From Balanoglossus misakiensis (Eukaryota > Animalia > Hemichordata): a stretch of 64,000 nt of DNA. Within the stretch, counting starts at the first letter, position 1; each line of letters opens with the position of its first letter. Shown here piece by piece: positions 1 through 13,046 of this stretch. The position numbers and the translations under genes are program-made. Below the pieces are notes generated by a model. The model saw only the letters and a program-made list of their open reading frames with translations. It did not search any database and was not told the origin of the DNA. The stretch spans positions 2,118,925 through 2,182,924 of the forward strand of contig CM082583.2 of NCBI GenBank assembly GCA_040954595.2. The letters run 5' to 3'.

Positions 1-330
1 TATCTCGGCATCCAAAGCAGGTACAGCGTTGGCATTTGGAGGTATGGGGCCATAATGAAAAGCCAAAGTTTTGTGTCACCTGTGACACCTGCTTTACTCA
101 TTATTTATGTGCATACCTAATTCCGGGCTAACCAAAAGGGCTAGAGATCTGGTTTTTGTTGGACATAGACCACTATGGGTCAAAATATTCTGCCCAAATA
201 ATTGGTGACCTCTGGGTGACCTTTGACCTACTTAATACTATGTCAACACCAAACCTAGATATAACCTTGATATTTCATGGGATAAAACACAGCATTATGT
301 TTCTACTCATTAATTATGTGCATATCTAAT
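1..330 (-). repeat. End of a ~237-bp satellite array (same family as 19560-21019, opposite orientation)
   Basis: 1-232 is a diverged reverse complement of the 19.8-21.0 kb unit (tatctcggcatc..gcaggtacagc..cacctgtgacacctgc..ggtgacctttgacctactt). Confidence 0.85.
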
Positions 331-1789
331 AATCAGATCAGATAATAGTGCTTGGGCCCGGACAATGCTGCTTGCAGCTTTAATTGTTGTTGTTGTTGTT
401 TACAATTAATTACAAAACAGCTGCAGCATGAATCGCTATGAAATTGATGAGTCGTATGCCCATGGCTGTTAGTATAAATAATTAAAACAAAATGTCGAAT
501 CGTTAAATTTATTGTGGTACTAAATGGATTTGCATGACATGCCAATTTTGTAAATGTTCATGATGGAACTCGTATGTGTTCTTGGTCAAATTCGCGACGC
601 ACAATTCTCTGGAGGTTTTTTTTTACACAGAAGAAATGAACAACACCACGTGTAGAGGGCGCCATGTGTTGGAGAAGCAGTGACTAGTGCGTTCTAGTCA
701 GTTGTTGCCGTGTTACCGCATGGGGTGTAATCTCAAGCCAGATTCTGAATAACGCATGATTTTCGATTGGCGGTACGTAGCTTTGGTAAACGATGGTTAA
801 TAGCAGAAATGCTGCATTGTTATGACAACAGACCAGTACAAGGAATACCCCGGAACTGTTTTCTGTTTAATCTAGGTGGGAATAATATGGCAGACGTTTC
901 ACATAATACCCATCGTTTTATTTCATTGTCACTAGTTTTTGTTATGTTCCATTTCCTAAAACAACATCATTGCGTGTGAAGTTGTAAGAGGAAATTGCTA
1001 ATTATACATTGGATTGTGAAAGTGTTAAACCAAAACGTGCAAGGAGACGCCATTACAAGTGCCTCATCTCACTAGCCATTATAATTAACCATACGAATAT
1101 CAGGATGGTAATCCTTGCAATAGTAGTGGTCGCGTTCGTCACATCGTTGGAAAGAGCAGTATTGAACCAGGCTTGAAAATGTCACTTTTCGGCCTGTTGG
1201 ACCCCAATACAAACCGTTGGCAAGGCGGTCCGGACACTTTAATATTAAAAATACAACGCCATATTAAGGTATAGGATGCTATGCAGGAATTGAGATCTCT
1301 TTATTAATAATGGAACTCAATACGTATTGACTTGTATTTTATAACGCTATTATTCGTCACGTAAACCTACCATGTTTAAAAAAATACAACTTACGTTTTA
1401 GGGGAGTTTTTAAGCATACTAAACGTTAATTGGATTTCTCAAACAATTTAACAGCTTATATCATGTCGATTAATGCAAAGTACACTGTTGTTAACTTCTT
1501 GAAGACAGAGAGGGATGTTAAAGATACGACATACACAAATCGTTTACTTACATCAACTGAACTACATATGACATGTAAGATATCGTCCTCATAAAATTCT
1601 AATGTACATTCTAAACACTCCTCGCTTCTTTCTTCTTCTAACAAGTGTCCCTGAAATGAAAAATGCTACTCCTTATAGCATTATTTTTAAGTTCATGTTA
1701 TTTTCGATAAACGATAACAACATTCAGTTACTAGACAGAGTCAGATGATATCCACACACTCTGATCGAGGCGACCAACAAGCACTCACC

Positions 1790-1970
1790 GACGGACGGAC
1801 ATACAGACAAGACAGACAGGCAGAGTGAGAGACAGACAGACAGGCAGGCAGAGTGACAGACAGACAGGCAGAGTGACAGACAGACAGGCGGACAGGCAGG
1901 CAGGCAGAGTGACAGAAAGACAGACAGACAGGCAGAGTGACAGACAGACAAACAGACAGACAGGCAGAGT

Positions 1971-2004
<34 letters not shown>

Positions 2005-2005
2005 A
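1790..2005. repeat. (CAGA)n/(CAGG)n compound microsatellite with periodic GAGT spacers
   Basis: Direct reading; explains the low-complexity ORFs at 1724-2208. Confidence 0.95.
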
Positions 2006-4821
2006 ACAATGTGACTAGTTCTCTTTTACTTTGGCTACGCTTAAAGGAAGACACACATACAAACCACACCAGCACGGACATCAGCCTGAATATATGTGTC
2101 GGTCTAGACTCTCTCACAACCCCTCTCGCCGTCCGTGCAGGCTTATGGTCTGATTGCATGTGTGCCCGACAGGGGGGGGGGGGGCGACTCATGAACGCTG
2201 CCCTCTAGTGGCTACTAAATTGACCAACCAGAGTGCGGCATTCTGGCTCACTCATATGCGCGTCTTGTCGACAGTAAAGGCTCGAAAAACCCCGTTTTTT
2301 GAACAGAATGTGATCATCGAAATAAATCACGATCACAAATTTAGAAAGTTGCATTATGTGTGGAACACCAGACATTTTTTCCCGTATGATACTACAACCG
2401 ATCATTTTCACACTTTGTCGGCCGATAAACGTAGTGCCAATGTAGGCTGATAAACACCAGTGCCGAAAGGCGGTTTTCAAACTACCGATCATTTCAAACT
2501 CTATCGATCTTTTTCATAATAAGCCAAAGAGCGTACATGTAGTGCAGTAGCGTACCGAAAAGCCGTTTTCAAACTACCGATCTTTTTCATAATAAGCCGA
2601 TAAGACGTGACCGACACACGATGGAGCTCCGTTTGAGCCAGACAATAGTCCCGGACACCAATACGACAAGTAGACAATTGAAAATCACCAAGAAAATATG
2701 TTTTTGTAAAAGTTAAAGTAAGGCTTCGAGGTATGAAAAGCGATATCACATCAACACGTCACGAAAATTCGACGGTCTGGAGGTAACTTCTTTCGCTTCG
2801 GTTCGGCCCAGCTATACTGGAAACACCAGGTGCAGGAGCAGAAGAGAAATGTCTTTGACAGACACGCCATGTTTAGTTGAAGAGTTGCACCCTTGTCTTT
2901 GATCTGCCATACTCATTTGAAGGCATAATCTTGTGTCTTTCAAAAGAGCAGTAAATTATGGCAGACAGTTTGCTTAGACTTTGATATTGTGTTACCCTGT
3001 ACTGCTTGTTACTTCCACTGGACATTTCCCACAATTCAGTCTGACAATGGTTAAGGTTAGGGATGGGGTTTGTTTTCTGACATTTCTGAATTCCACTATG
3101 GAATTGTTGTAGCATGAGCATTATGTATTTCATGAAACCTGTCCTTTCAAACACTCTGTATGATCAGAACACATCTCAATTAAGGACAGATATTTCAAGA
3201 CAAAAGTTACAATTTGAATAGAATAATACCTGTGTATTACCAACACCTCTCTATTAAGGACATATTTTGTCCTGAAGGTGTCCTTAATTGACATGTTTCA
3301 CTTTATGTTCAGGTTAGAAGCATCCATTTATTAGCCAACACATCTGTGACCTACAACAAATGCATGCTATGTCTTGTACTCACAGCCCCTCAGGGTAAAA
3401 AATAATAATTATGATCAGGCAAAATGTATTCTTTATTGGAGCAAAAATAGCCACATTGTTGTTCAAAATAGAAACTTAATTGATATCACTCTAAGTTTGT
3501 GATGCTGGTATTTCAGTGTACTGAATGTTGAATCATTCCAAAATCTTTGACCATGAAAACTATTAAAACACATGGAGACTAATATTTGGCTGGTACAGTT
3601 TGTGTAATGGGCACATATCTGTATGTAAGTTGGGTAATTAATGTTTGTGTCAGTCAGTGTCCCTGTACCTGATTGACACAAGTCAAATTTGTGATGTCAT
3701 CACTTGCATGTCGGGTGACAGTGTCTCCCCAAATCTAAATGCAAAACTGAGTGAATGTTAAAAACAATAGGGTGTTGTCATTTAGCGACAGACTTAGAAA
3801 TGGCTCTTTTGGATTGGATATGGTTTTGGGGTCTGTTTGTTGGAAATGATTGATAATAAATTCATTGGAAGTAATTTATATACCTTCATAGACTAGAAGA
3901 CCTAATCAATATACCATGTATGTACTGTTTCATATTTTGCGTTGATATTGTATACTGGTACGTTTCTACTTCTAGAGTTAGTATTGAAGTATACAAATAT
4001 TTTATCTTGTGAGAAGGTTTTATGTCAATAAAATATCCAGAACCTTTTATTCTCACCTGTGCAATTTACAGTAAGAAATACGAAATATAGAAGCCAATTA
4101 TGGTGTAAGTGACGGGAGGGGGAATTCCTCCTAAACCATAGCAAAAATTTGCGACAAACAGCAAGTGGGCGTTGTTTGGGAGACGCAATAATGGTCTCGT
4201 CTTCCTCCTGAGGAAAGATACCAAATTTTCAAGTGTAATTTTATTACAGGACCATTTTGTGTGCAGTGAACTGAATAAGTCTGTTGTGATTTTTTTTTCA
4301 ATGTCGCCACCAACGGCGGGTATGACAAATAACTAATTAATTTACATATATTGAAAACGCGTTTACATAACCAGACTAAGTAAGAAATAAAGTAAAAAAT
4401 AGATAGCTGGGTTAATCCTGTGATTTGTACCAAATATCACACTGCAGAAAAAAATCAAGGCATTAATTATGGTTATACATAATCTTTTCTTGGCTTTCAG
4501 GTTGATACCTTCGGGGAAGCAGATAATTTATTCTCAATGCAAAAACCTTCCAGTTGTACGCCTTTCTTTTGTACGCCTGTTTTTGTGGATTAGCAAAGCA
4601 GATTAAGTCGGCTCGCATATGTATGTGTGTAACAGCATTTTGATAGTGATTAGTGAAGAAAATCATGTACAATTAACATTTGAGCGACACACAGTCAGAG
4701 TTCAGTTTCATTTGCTTTTTATTCATTACTATTCATGGAAAGTAGCTACTAGTATTGGAGGTTGATTTTACTCCAATAATATTTATAGTATTGGAGGGAA
4801 TCATTTCAGTAATATCCATTC

Positions 4822-5439
4822 TCAGTCGTGGCAGCATATGGCAACAGCATAAATGTAATTGCCGTTTCCTCCATTGACCGCTATACATTCATCAGCAGCT
4901 GGAAAATAATTAAATAACAATAATAAACTTTACACCCTGGGAAAGATAGAAATTGGAACAACACAACCTTATCGAAATATGTAACTGCGGTTTGTGTTAG
5001 CTTATGATTCAATGACAAACCCTGTAATGTACTGAACACGAAATCTATGAATATCTGGAATGTCTGAAATATTGGGAATTCACAAATATGAACTTTTCTT
5101 GTTTACATAGGGGCTTTGTGATTCTATTAAACGTCAAATTCCCAAACTTCCTTGGAAAACGCTCCTGTATTTTAAGTTGACATTTGCCTACCAGAAGGAA
5201 AAGAAAAAGTGCGAAAAATGAAAAAAAGTGAAGAAAAATGGCGATGGTATTGGGACTGGTTCCCTATAGCATTATCAATATTTTTACCTGAAATATAGGC
5301 ACCGTCGTTCACAATGTGAAAAGCGTACGAATTGCATCCTGTGAGAGTCCAACCGTGGTCACATGACACACGTGCGATGCTACCACCTCCACCATGACCT
5401 CTCGTACTCCATTTTGCTTTGCAGTGTAACCCAGGAGCA
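4822..5439 (-). CDS. PCSK9: Last two exons of a PCSK9-like protein (C-terminal Cys/His-rich domain): exons 5439-5288 and 4898-4822
   Basis: Spliced at canonical AG/GT sites the exons read APGLHCKAKWSTRGHGGGGSIARVSCDHGWTLTGCNSYAFHIVNDGAYISAADECIAVNGGNGNYIYAVAICCHD*. This matches the PCSK9 C-terminal motifs APGLECKVK, CEEGWTLTGC and AVAICC. An AATAAA lies ~100 nt downstream. No upstream exons were recognised in the window. Confidence 0.8.
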
Positions 5440-5812
5440 CTACAGTAAACAGCATGTGCCCATACTCCTGATTAAATGAGTAGAAATATTTCAACACAAC
5501 TATGAAATTATTCGAATTGAACTAATTGTGGGTGGTTTATACATGTTGGAGGATTTTTATTCTCGTCGCCAGCAATCAACATAGTTCCACCCTACGGTAT
5601 AAGCCAGTGCCACGCCCCCCTTGGTTACTGTTGCTACGCCCCACAAGCTTTGAGCTTGTGGGACATTGACCTCCACAACGTAAATAAACATGGCGGGGAA
5701 ACTAGATTCGTTCAGGGATAGTCTGCGCAACGTTCCTGGCGACAGTTCTGTATGCTACCTACCAGAGTTAAAAAACATATCCAAGAAGTCACAGGAAAAG
5801 GGTCTAATTATA

Positions 5813-5990
5813 TATATAATTCCCCCGTATTTCGAACGAGTGTGCCTGCGTCGCGGACGAGTGATTCCTTGTATAGCGGCCATATCCCCCCGAGCCGCAG
5901 GCCAGGAGGGATACAGCTATACGGGAAATCACGAGTTCGCGACGCAAACACAAAAGTGAGGAATACGGGGGAAATATATGTTTATCACAT
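5813..5990 (+). mobile_element. Long-hairpin element H1 (imperfect ~165-bp palindrome followed by TTTATCACAT)
   Basis: Arms atataattcccccgtatt / aatacgggggaaatatat, apex cgagccgcaggccag; flanking motifs are shared with the element at 62691. Confidence 0.7.
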
Positions 5991-6548
5991 ACATAGACCA
6001 AGTTTCCATGAAATTGAATTCATCGTGAATTTAAAACATTTCAGCAAAAAATAGCACTATTTTAAAATGATCGACAGGTCATGTTATGAGGTCGGGGTCA
6101 CAGGCAAACGAACATTAAACTGCGATCAGCTGTGGCAATGGCTGCAGTTATAACTGTAGCAGCACCAACCAATTTATTTAGGCGGACACGTTCTTGACTG
6201 ATGTGGCATATCTCTTTAATGTGGCTCTCTATCGTTACATACAGACACCCGTATATACTGTTAATATAGACCAACACCGTAAGATCTGGTGAACATAAAA
6301 ATCGCATCAAGGACACGGCGGTCCCATTGTGGGATTACACAAGAAAAAGTCTACACCGGAGTACATGGCCATATGGCATATACAGACAGACAAACACACA
6401 CACACATAGCGAGAGATCAATGGGCAAACACTGACTGACCCATAAGCTGCCAATGGCATATGTACATACTGTACATACACTAAATATAACAGCTGGCCTC
6501 TTTAAAACTTAGCCAGTTATGTAATCATTCAGGAATTTGCTGTGTAAA

Positions 6549-7254
6549 GTCTTGTTCTCACTAAAAGTTTCGACACTGGTGTTATGCCAGTGTTTACTCT
6601 CTGCAAACACAGGGGATTAGCCCACAGAATCTCCGTGCGTCCACACACTAAACTTTTGGCCACTGTTTTGAAATAAACACCGTCTAAATGGCCATGTTTA
6701 GCAACATGGCAACTAACAAAATTGAGGGCGTCGAGGACATTACAGCAACATGTTTCAGTTTCTATACCTGCATATGCATTCTAGACGACTTTGTCGTCTT
6801 CATGACAGTTTTGATAATGTTTAGAAGTAAATGAATGTTAATCCATAAATGGAAAATGCCTCAGCTTTTCGGTGATCGAGAGAATCTTCTGAAAGTTGGT
6901 AGCAGACAGAAGTGTTGCAGACCTGGCAAACTGCGAATGGTTTGAAAACCACTCACGTCCAGTGTGATTGACTTCACGAACTGGAAACTGACCAAAGACA
7001 ATGGGCTATACCTAATAAACATACCCAAAAGTCATTGCAGGGTGGCGCTTTTGAACGGTGTTTGTTTATCTTTGCGTTCTCACTGCATATTTGCGTCGGA
7101 GCTCTGGCCCAGTACTGGCCCTGACCCGCCACCCATCGCCGTCGCAAATCAACACCGGCGCAACACCGGCGTAAAGCGTTCTCACTTGTTTTTTCCGTCG
7201 GTGTCAAATCTACACCGTTGTAGCACCGGTGTAAACGTGCCAGTGAGAACGCCC
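6549..7254 (-). mobile_element. Non-autonomous TIR element, inverted copy of 61173-61984
   Basis: ~700 bp of reverse-complement similarity to 61173-61984; imperfect TIR core gttctcact/agtgagaac. Confidence 0.8.
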
Positions 7255-7259
7255 TATAA

Positions 7260-7615
7260 ATCAATCACACAGGGAACTTCCTGCCTAATTAAAACAACTC
7301 AATAAAGTAAATACACACAACTTTGCAAAGCAATCTGACCAGTAATTCTTGAGTTACTGAGTTTAGACCAAATTCACATTTTTCCAGCTAATTTGCATAT
7401 TTTGGCGATGACACCTTCATTTGAACAAACTCCCATCTACAGCCCAGCCTGCATCTGCACACCAAATATCAAGGTGATACACGCAGCGGTTTTCAAGTTT
7501 TTGATGTGGACGGACACACAGACATACATCCATCCATCCATCCATACATACATACATACATACAGACGCAACCGATCCCATATGGTCCCATGGTATATAC
7601 CAATGGGACCTAAAA
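7260..7615 (-). mobile_element. Helentron-associated (HINE/DINE-1-like) element, 5' part
   Basis: Terminal hairpin ggtcccatggtatataccaatgggacc, (CATA)n/(CATC)n microsatellite and T-run terminus; homologous to 53650 and 62668. Family assignment is by architecture only. Confidence 0.65.
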
Positions 7616-8335
7616 ACAAGCAAAACTGCAAAACGTCAGCAAACAGAACTGATGTATGAACGCGAAATATAGTTCAAGGCATACACCAACGACTGTTCAT
7701 AATGTCCTTTCACTGCGATGGCGCTCAAAGCGCAACAAACAAACATATGTCCGTGTATAGGCTGAACATCACTCGATTGCGCAATGCTCTCCGCATCATG
7801 ACATAAACGATGGAATAAAAACTCTTTATTATACACCTACTGCTGTAACCTATGGAGTTCCGTAATTCAATAATTCGCGGTATCACCGTACAATAATTAT
7901 TCAAATGAGGACGCGGAGTCCCATAACCCACAGGGTAGTCTTGCTCCAAGACTGTGTGATACTGAACATGAAATGCGCGTCTGCGTTACGTATAGAACGT
8001 CCTGTGGACGCGACCAGGGTTATGGGACTCCGCGTCCTCGGACTGGTGATCAATGTAAACAATGATGATATTAACCCTACTCTGACGAAAATTTATATAA
8101 AAAGTACACAGCCGTTATTAAACAAAATTATTGGTGACCCAAGATGCGAAATAAGTCAAAATCCACGCTGAAATTTCAGTCGAAGGAATCTGTGAACGAA
8201 CAGGCGAGCGCATTCATTTCAAGTTCCAGAACGAGCTCAGCGCAAGCAGCGTAGAACGTCGCGCGCGAGACAGGCAGTTCGACACTAGCATCACCTGATG
8301 CGCGAGGTGAAGGCGCGTTCGATATGCAAATTACA

Positions 8336-9079
8336 TCATGGCGGCGTCTGAAAACTAGAAAGTCCGATAGCGGCCTATTTATTCTTTATCGTTCATCAAG
8401 GACGTCCGGAAATTTGTGAAACACTTTAGCAATAAAGTCATTGTTAAATATTTATATTGAAGGCGTGTCAGTTTAAAATCTAAGCGCAAATTTTATCCAC
8501 CAGCTGAGACACCTCTCTCTCTGCGTTTTTGGCTTCGGAAACGGAAGAAAATACATGTATATACTCGATGTGGGGTCAAGGTACCTTTTATCCGATTTAC
8601 ACGTCCCCCAGGCGCATCTCTTCACCATTCTGGCCGATATTTAAAGCCAATTAATTCCCAAAACTGAAAATAAAACTTCCAGTCTGTCTATTATGGCAAG
8701 CCAAACGTCATGGCGGCGTCTGAAAACTAGAAAGTCCGATAGCGGCCTATTTATTCTTTATCGTTCATCAAGGACGTCCGGAAATTTGTGAAACACTTTA
8801 GCAATAAAGTCATTGTTAAATATTTATATTGAAGTCGTGTCAGTTTAAAATCTAAGCGCAAATTTTATCCACCAGCTGAGACACCTCTCTCTCTGCGTTT
8901 TTGGCTTCGGAAACGGAAGAAAATACATGTATATACTCGATGTGGGGTCAAGGTACCTTTTATCCGATTTACACGTCCCCCAGGCGCATCTCTTCACCAT
9001 TCTGGCCGATATTTAAAGCCAATTAATTCCCAAAACTGAAAATAAAACTTCCAGTCTGTCTATTATGGCAAGCCAAACG
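8336..9079. repeat. Near-identical 372-bp tandem duplication (2 copies)
   Basis: gcggcgtctgaaaactag occurs at 8341 and 8713; the copies are almost identical. Confidence 0.95.
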
Positions 9080-10119
9080 TTGCAATATTCTTGACAAACT
9101 ATTTTCTTGTTGTATAATTTTATTTTTATTCTTCAATTTCACGTTTGCTTTGGTCAAATCTATATTTGTGTTCTTCAAATCTATATCGGCTTTGTTGAGT
9201 TGCGAAAGACTGGTCATTTTAATAAATCTCTCCAGCGTAGAATACAAAATCAAAGTAGAAACATAGGATAAAAATACCAATTATCGCCGCGCCAACAGTT
9301 AGAGTCAAGAAACAAATACGACGGATTATTTAGGCTATATGTACTTCAAAATATACATGATTTTCCGAGTTAAATCTGTAGATTTCTACTCATAAAATCA
9401 CATGTATAACAATGGCATTAGACTGAAAGATTAAGTCTTGTGCGGGCGCTCCAGCGCACTGCCTTCGACCCTTTACTGAAGACTCTTTGACAGTGTGTCA
9501 GAGCGCCCGCACACGACTGTATCTTTCAGTCTACGATGGCATTGGTACCTGTTATTATTGGTGGTTCCGTTTCCATAGATAAATTGACAAAAACGCATGC
9601 GCTATAAATGTCTACGTAGTTGACGGCTCTGACAAGTATTTCGTTGGTCTCGTAGGAATTCAGGTGAAAGCCATGGACCAGGGCAAACGTTTCTCCACCT
9701 TCAGCAACGTCGGTCCAATCAAACACTTTACCTTCCTTCCTGTGCATAATATACACTGGAATAAGTGAAAACAAAGAACAATGAACAGGGTTAATTATGA
9801 ATGGTCCTGAGTGGTCTCACAGTAAAAACCAATTCCCCTAAAATCAAGAATTACCTGGTAATGCGATAGGCCGGCAATATCCTGAAATCCTCGCCAAGAA
9901 AAATTCACTGAATTTGTTATTGACTGGTGATCTTCTCTTGTTGGATAGTGAGTTTCTGATGATGTTATTAGTTCTACGATAGCATTATCAGCATCCGGGG
10001 CATCGGTTACTAAGGTAACGCCATCGGTCATGATCACACTTGACAATCCTATGTAATTGTGACAACGGATTGTAGAGAACAGTTTTTGTCCATGTCCAAC
10101 TTGACCAGTCACATTAACC

Positions 10120-12569
10120 CACGGGCGTCATGGAACAATAAAGTGTATGGATAATGATAAACTTAACATAAACGCGGCGCCCACAACGAATACACAATAA
10201 ACATTTCGGTTTTTTTTGTGTGTGTGAACGAGAACTGCAATAAAGCTGGGTCAGTTAACAAATCCACACCGTACGCGTACCTGTCTATGCCCTGTTTGTA
10301 CAGTTGTACGACATCGCATCGCGATCGTGTTGTGCTGTTTTTGTTCGTACGCATGCGTGCGCGCCGGTGACTTCGTTGCTGTGTACGTGTACGTGAGTAC
10401 ACATATATACAGGGTATGAAACGAATTTTCAGCCCACCGCCATTTGGCAACTATTAGATTAGATAGAAACCTAATGTCTGGCTTTTCAATTTTCAAAAGT
10501 CGGTCGAACATTCGAGATATTATCGATCGAAAAGTGTCACTCGTCCTGGGGACGTGCGTTACCGACGTAAAATGGCGTTTGGGCGATGTCGCAAATTTCT
10601 CTCTGAAAGGTGTACATAGGACATACTGTTTCATGAAAAAAAATCATAGCAAATATAACAGTGATGCACATGAACAACGTCCACCATGACTGGGAGAAGC
10701 TGAGCTGAGCTCACGCATAGTTTCATACACATGATATAAAACCCGGCGATCGAACACGGCACTTCCGGTCACCAGATTCGCAATGGTTTTGTATACGGAT
10801 TTGTTGTATTTTTCACGTTTTCCGTTTTTTATTCATGATTAATCCAACACTTTTCAAGACACATTCTAAGCAAAAATGAAAATTATTGACTACACTTCGA
10901 TGGCACTCTGCTCCGTATAACAAAGTGTCCCCCCTGTCCCCCCTTTTTGGTAACGCACGTCCCCAGACTCCATGTGAGCGATAGTCTCGGTTACCCAGAC
11001 TCTCTTACTCTTTCTCTCGTCTCAAGAGGGCGCTGCGGAGAAAGAGAGTCTGGGATCACTGCACGTTAAATTTTCCGCGAACCGGAAGCGACTTTTAGTA
11101 ATCGAGCGGTGCACCATGGATCCAATAACAAATCGCAGGGAATAGAGGAATGAATCGTGTTGTTGTTGTTGATGATAAAAACATGTTTAAAAAATTAATG
11201 TGTCATTTCCTGCTACCGTAATCGTGGAAAACACGGCCTAGGTCGCCCAACGTCACTCGTGGAAAACATGACCTAGGTCGGCCAACGTCACTACGAGTGA
11301 CGTTGGGCGACCTAGGCCGTGTTTTCCACAATTACGGTAGCAGGAAATGACACATTAATTTTTTAAACATGTTTTTATCATCAACAACAACAACAAGAAC
11401 AACACGATTCATTCCTCTATTCCCTGCGATTTGTTATTGGATCCATGGTGCACCGCTCGATTACTAAAAGTCGCTTCCGGTTCGCGGAAAATTTAACGTG
11501 CAGTGATCCCAGACTCTCTTTCTCCGCAGCGCCCTCTTGAGACGAGAGAAAGAGTAAGAGAGTCTGGGTAACCGAGACTATGTGAGCGATTGCATACCCT
11601 TCCTAACATACACTGTATTCTTTACTATCAATCGCGTGATCTGGCCATGTGACCAACGGCGTTGTCATTTTCAGATGACGGGCAAGCAATATTTCGGCAT
11701 CTAGTAAAAGTTTTTCCGAGTATGTTTTTACTTTAGAACCGCCAAACACGTAACATGTATCAGGTATGGTGCCTCATCAGCCTCGTTGCATTTCATCTGC
11801 ACAGTCTTTGTCTGCACCACTTAAGTCCACGTTGCTGAATTTGCCCGTCATCTGGAAATTTGAATGCGCACGTAACTGCCGCCTGAGCGCGTCTGACGTC
11901 ATTTGATATGGAAGAATACGAACGCGTCTGTCCTGGCTAGCAACGGAGTGTACGATCGTCTGCCGCGCGTGCTGGGCCGGGCGCGTGCGCGCGTGCGGTT
12001 GTAGATTGCGACATCACTTCCGCGTTCAGCGGCGCTAGTGCGTTCGCTGGCATATTTTGCAAGTCCAGCTGTAGCTAGGCCGTTCGTGAGTGTAGTTCTC
12101 GTTCACATAAAAACAAGGAAATAATTTATTGTGTGTTCGTTTAGGCCTATGCTAAATTATCCATACACTTTATTGTTCCATGACGCCCGTGCCTTACATA
12201 CACTGTATACGAGCGCGTCTGTCCTGGCTAGCAACGGAGGCGGACAGAAACTGTCGTCTGCTGGCCCGGGCGCGTGAGCGCGCGCGGTTGAAGATTGCGC
12301 CATCAGCGTTCAGTTATGACTAAAATGACGTCATACACCTGAAGCACTGTGCACTTCCGCGTTCCGCGCTGGTGCGTTCGTTCGCATATCATGCGTTTGG
12401 TCTTTGGAAAGGGGGATATTCTGCTGTTGAAAACGTGACAGAGAAGCCGGTAGGCCGTTCGTGAGTGCAGTTCTCGTTCACACCAAAAAACAACCCAAAA
12501 ACGAAATATTTTCCTGTGTGTTCGTTGATCGAGTTTATTATTTATCCCATACACTTCATGACGCCCGTG
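10120..12569. mobile_element. Non-autonomous DNA transposon with CACGGGCGTCATG.. TIRs and 7-bp TSD ATTAACC (P- or hATw-like by TSD length)
   Basis: TSD at 10113-10119 and 12570-12576; an extra full internal right TIR ends at ~12190. Removing the element restores the host exon frame (NHTMVNVTGQ). Confidence 0.88.
10982..11580. mobile_element. 599-bp fold-back (near-perfect palindrome) element, TAG..CTA termini, 9-bp TSD TGTGAGCGA (AcademH-like)
   Basis: TSD at 10973-10981 and 11581-11589; the empty site is visible in the paralogous host element at ~41679. Confidence 0.9.
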
Positions 12570-12701
12570 ATTAACCATAGTGTGATTCTTTTTGTCAGAT
12601 TGTTTGAAGTCTTGAATTTCTGCAGAGCCTGGGTCTAGACCTAAACAGGAGGATGGGTAATTAAAATAAATACTACTAGAAAATAAATGAACAGGCAACC
12701 A

Positions 12702-13046
12702 AATGAATGAATGAATGAATGAATGAATGAATGAGTGAGTGAGTGAGTGAGTGAGTGAGTGAGTGAGTGAGTGAGTGAGTGAGTGAATGAATGAGTGAAT
12801 GAATGAATGAATGAATGAATGAATCAATCAATCAATCAATGAATGAATGAATCAATGAATGAATGAATGAATGAATGAATGAATGAATGAATGAATGAAT
12901 GAATGAATGAATGAATGAATGAATGAATGAATGAATGAATGAATGAATGAATGAATGAATGAATGAATGAATGAATGAATGAATGAATGAATGAATGAAT
13001 GAATGAATGAACGAACGAACGAACGAACGCACGCACGCCCGCCCGC
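12702..13046. repeat. (GAAT)n/(GAGT)n tetranucleotide microsatellite
   Basis: Direct reading; source of the HSFI-repeat ORFs. Confidence 0.97.

Noticed and set aside
1724-2208. Cys/Ser/Leu- and DRQT-rich ORFs
   Set aside because: Translations of a CAGA microsatellite.
2873-3154. Possible decayed SWIM/MULE zinc-finger fragment
   Set aside because: The Cys/His pattern needs several frameshifts and cannot be supported without a profile search.
5690-5812. MAGKLDSF..KSQEKGL, a possible N-terminus of a transposon ORF
   Set aside because: Too short and cut by hairpin H1; no diagnostic motif to name a family.
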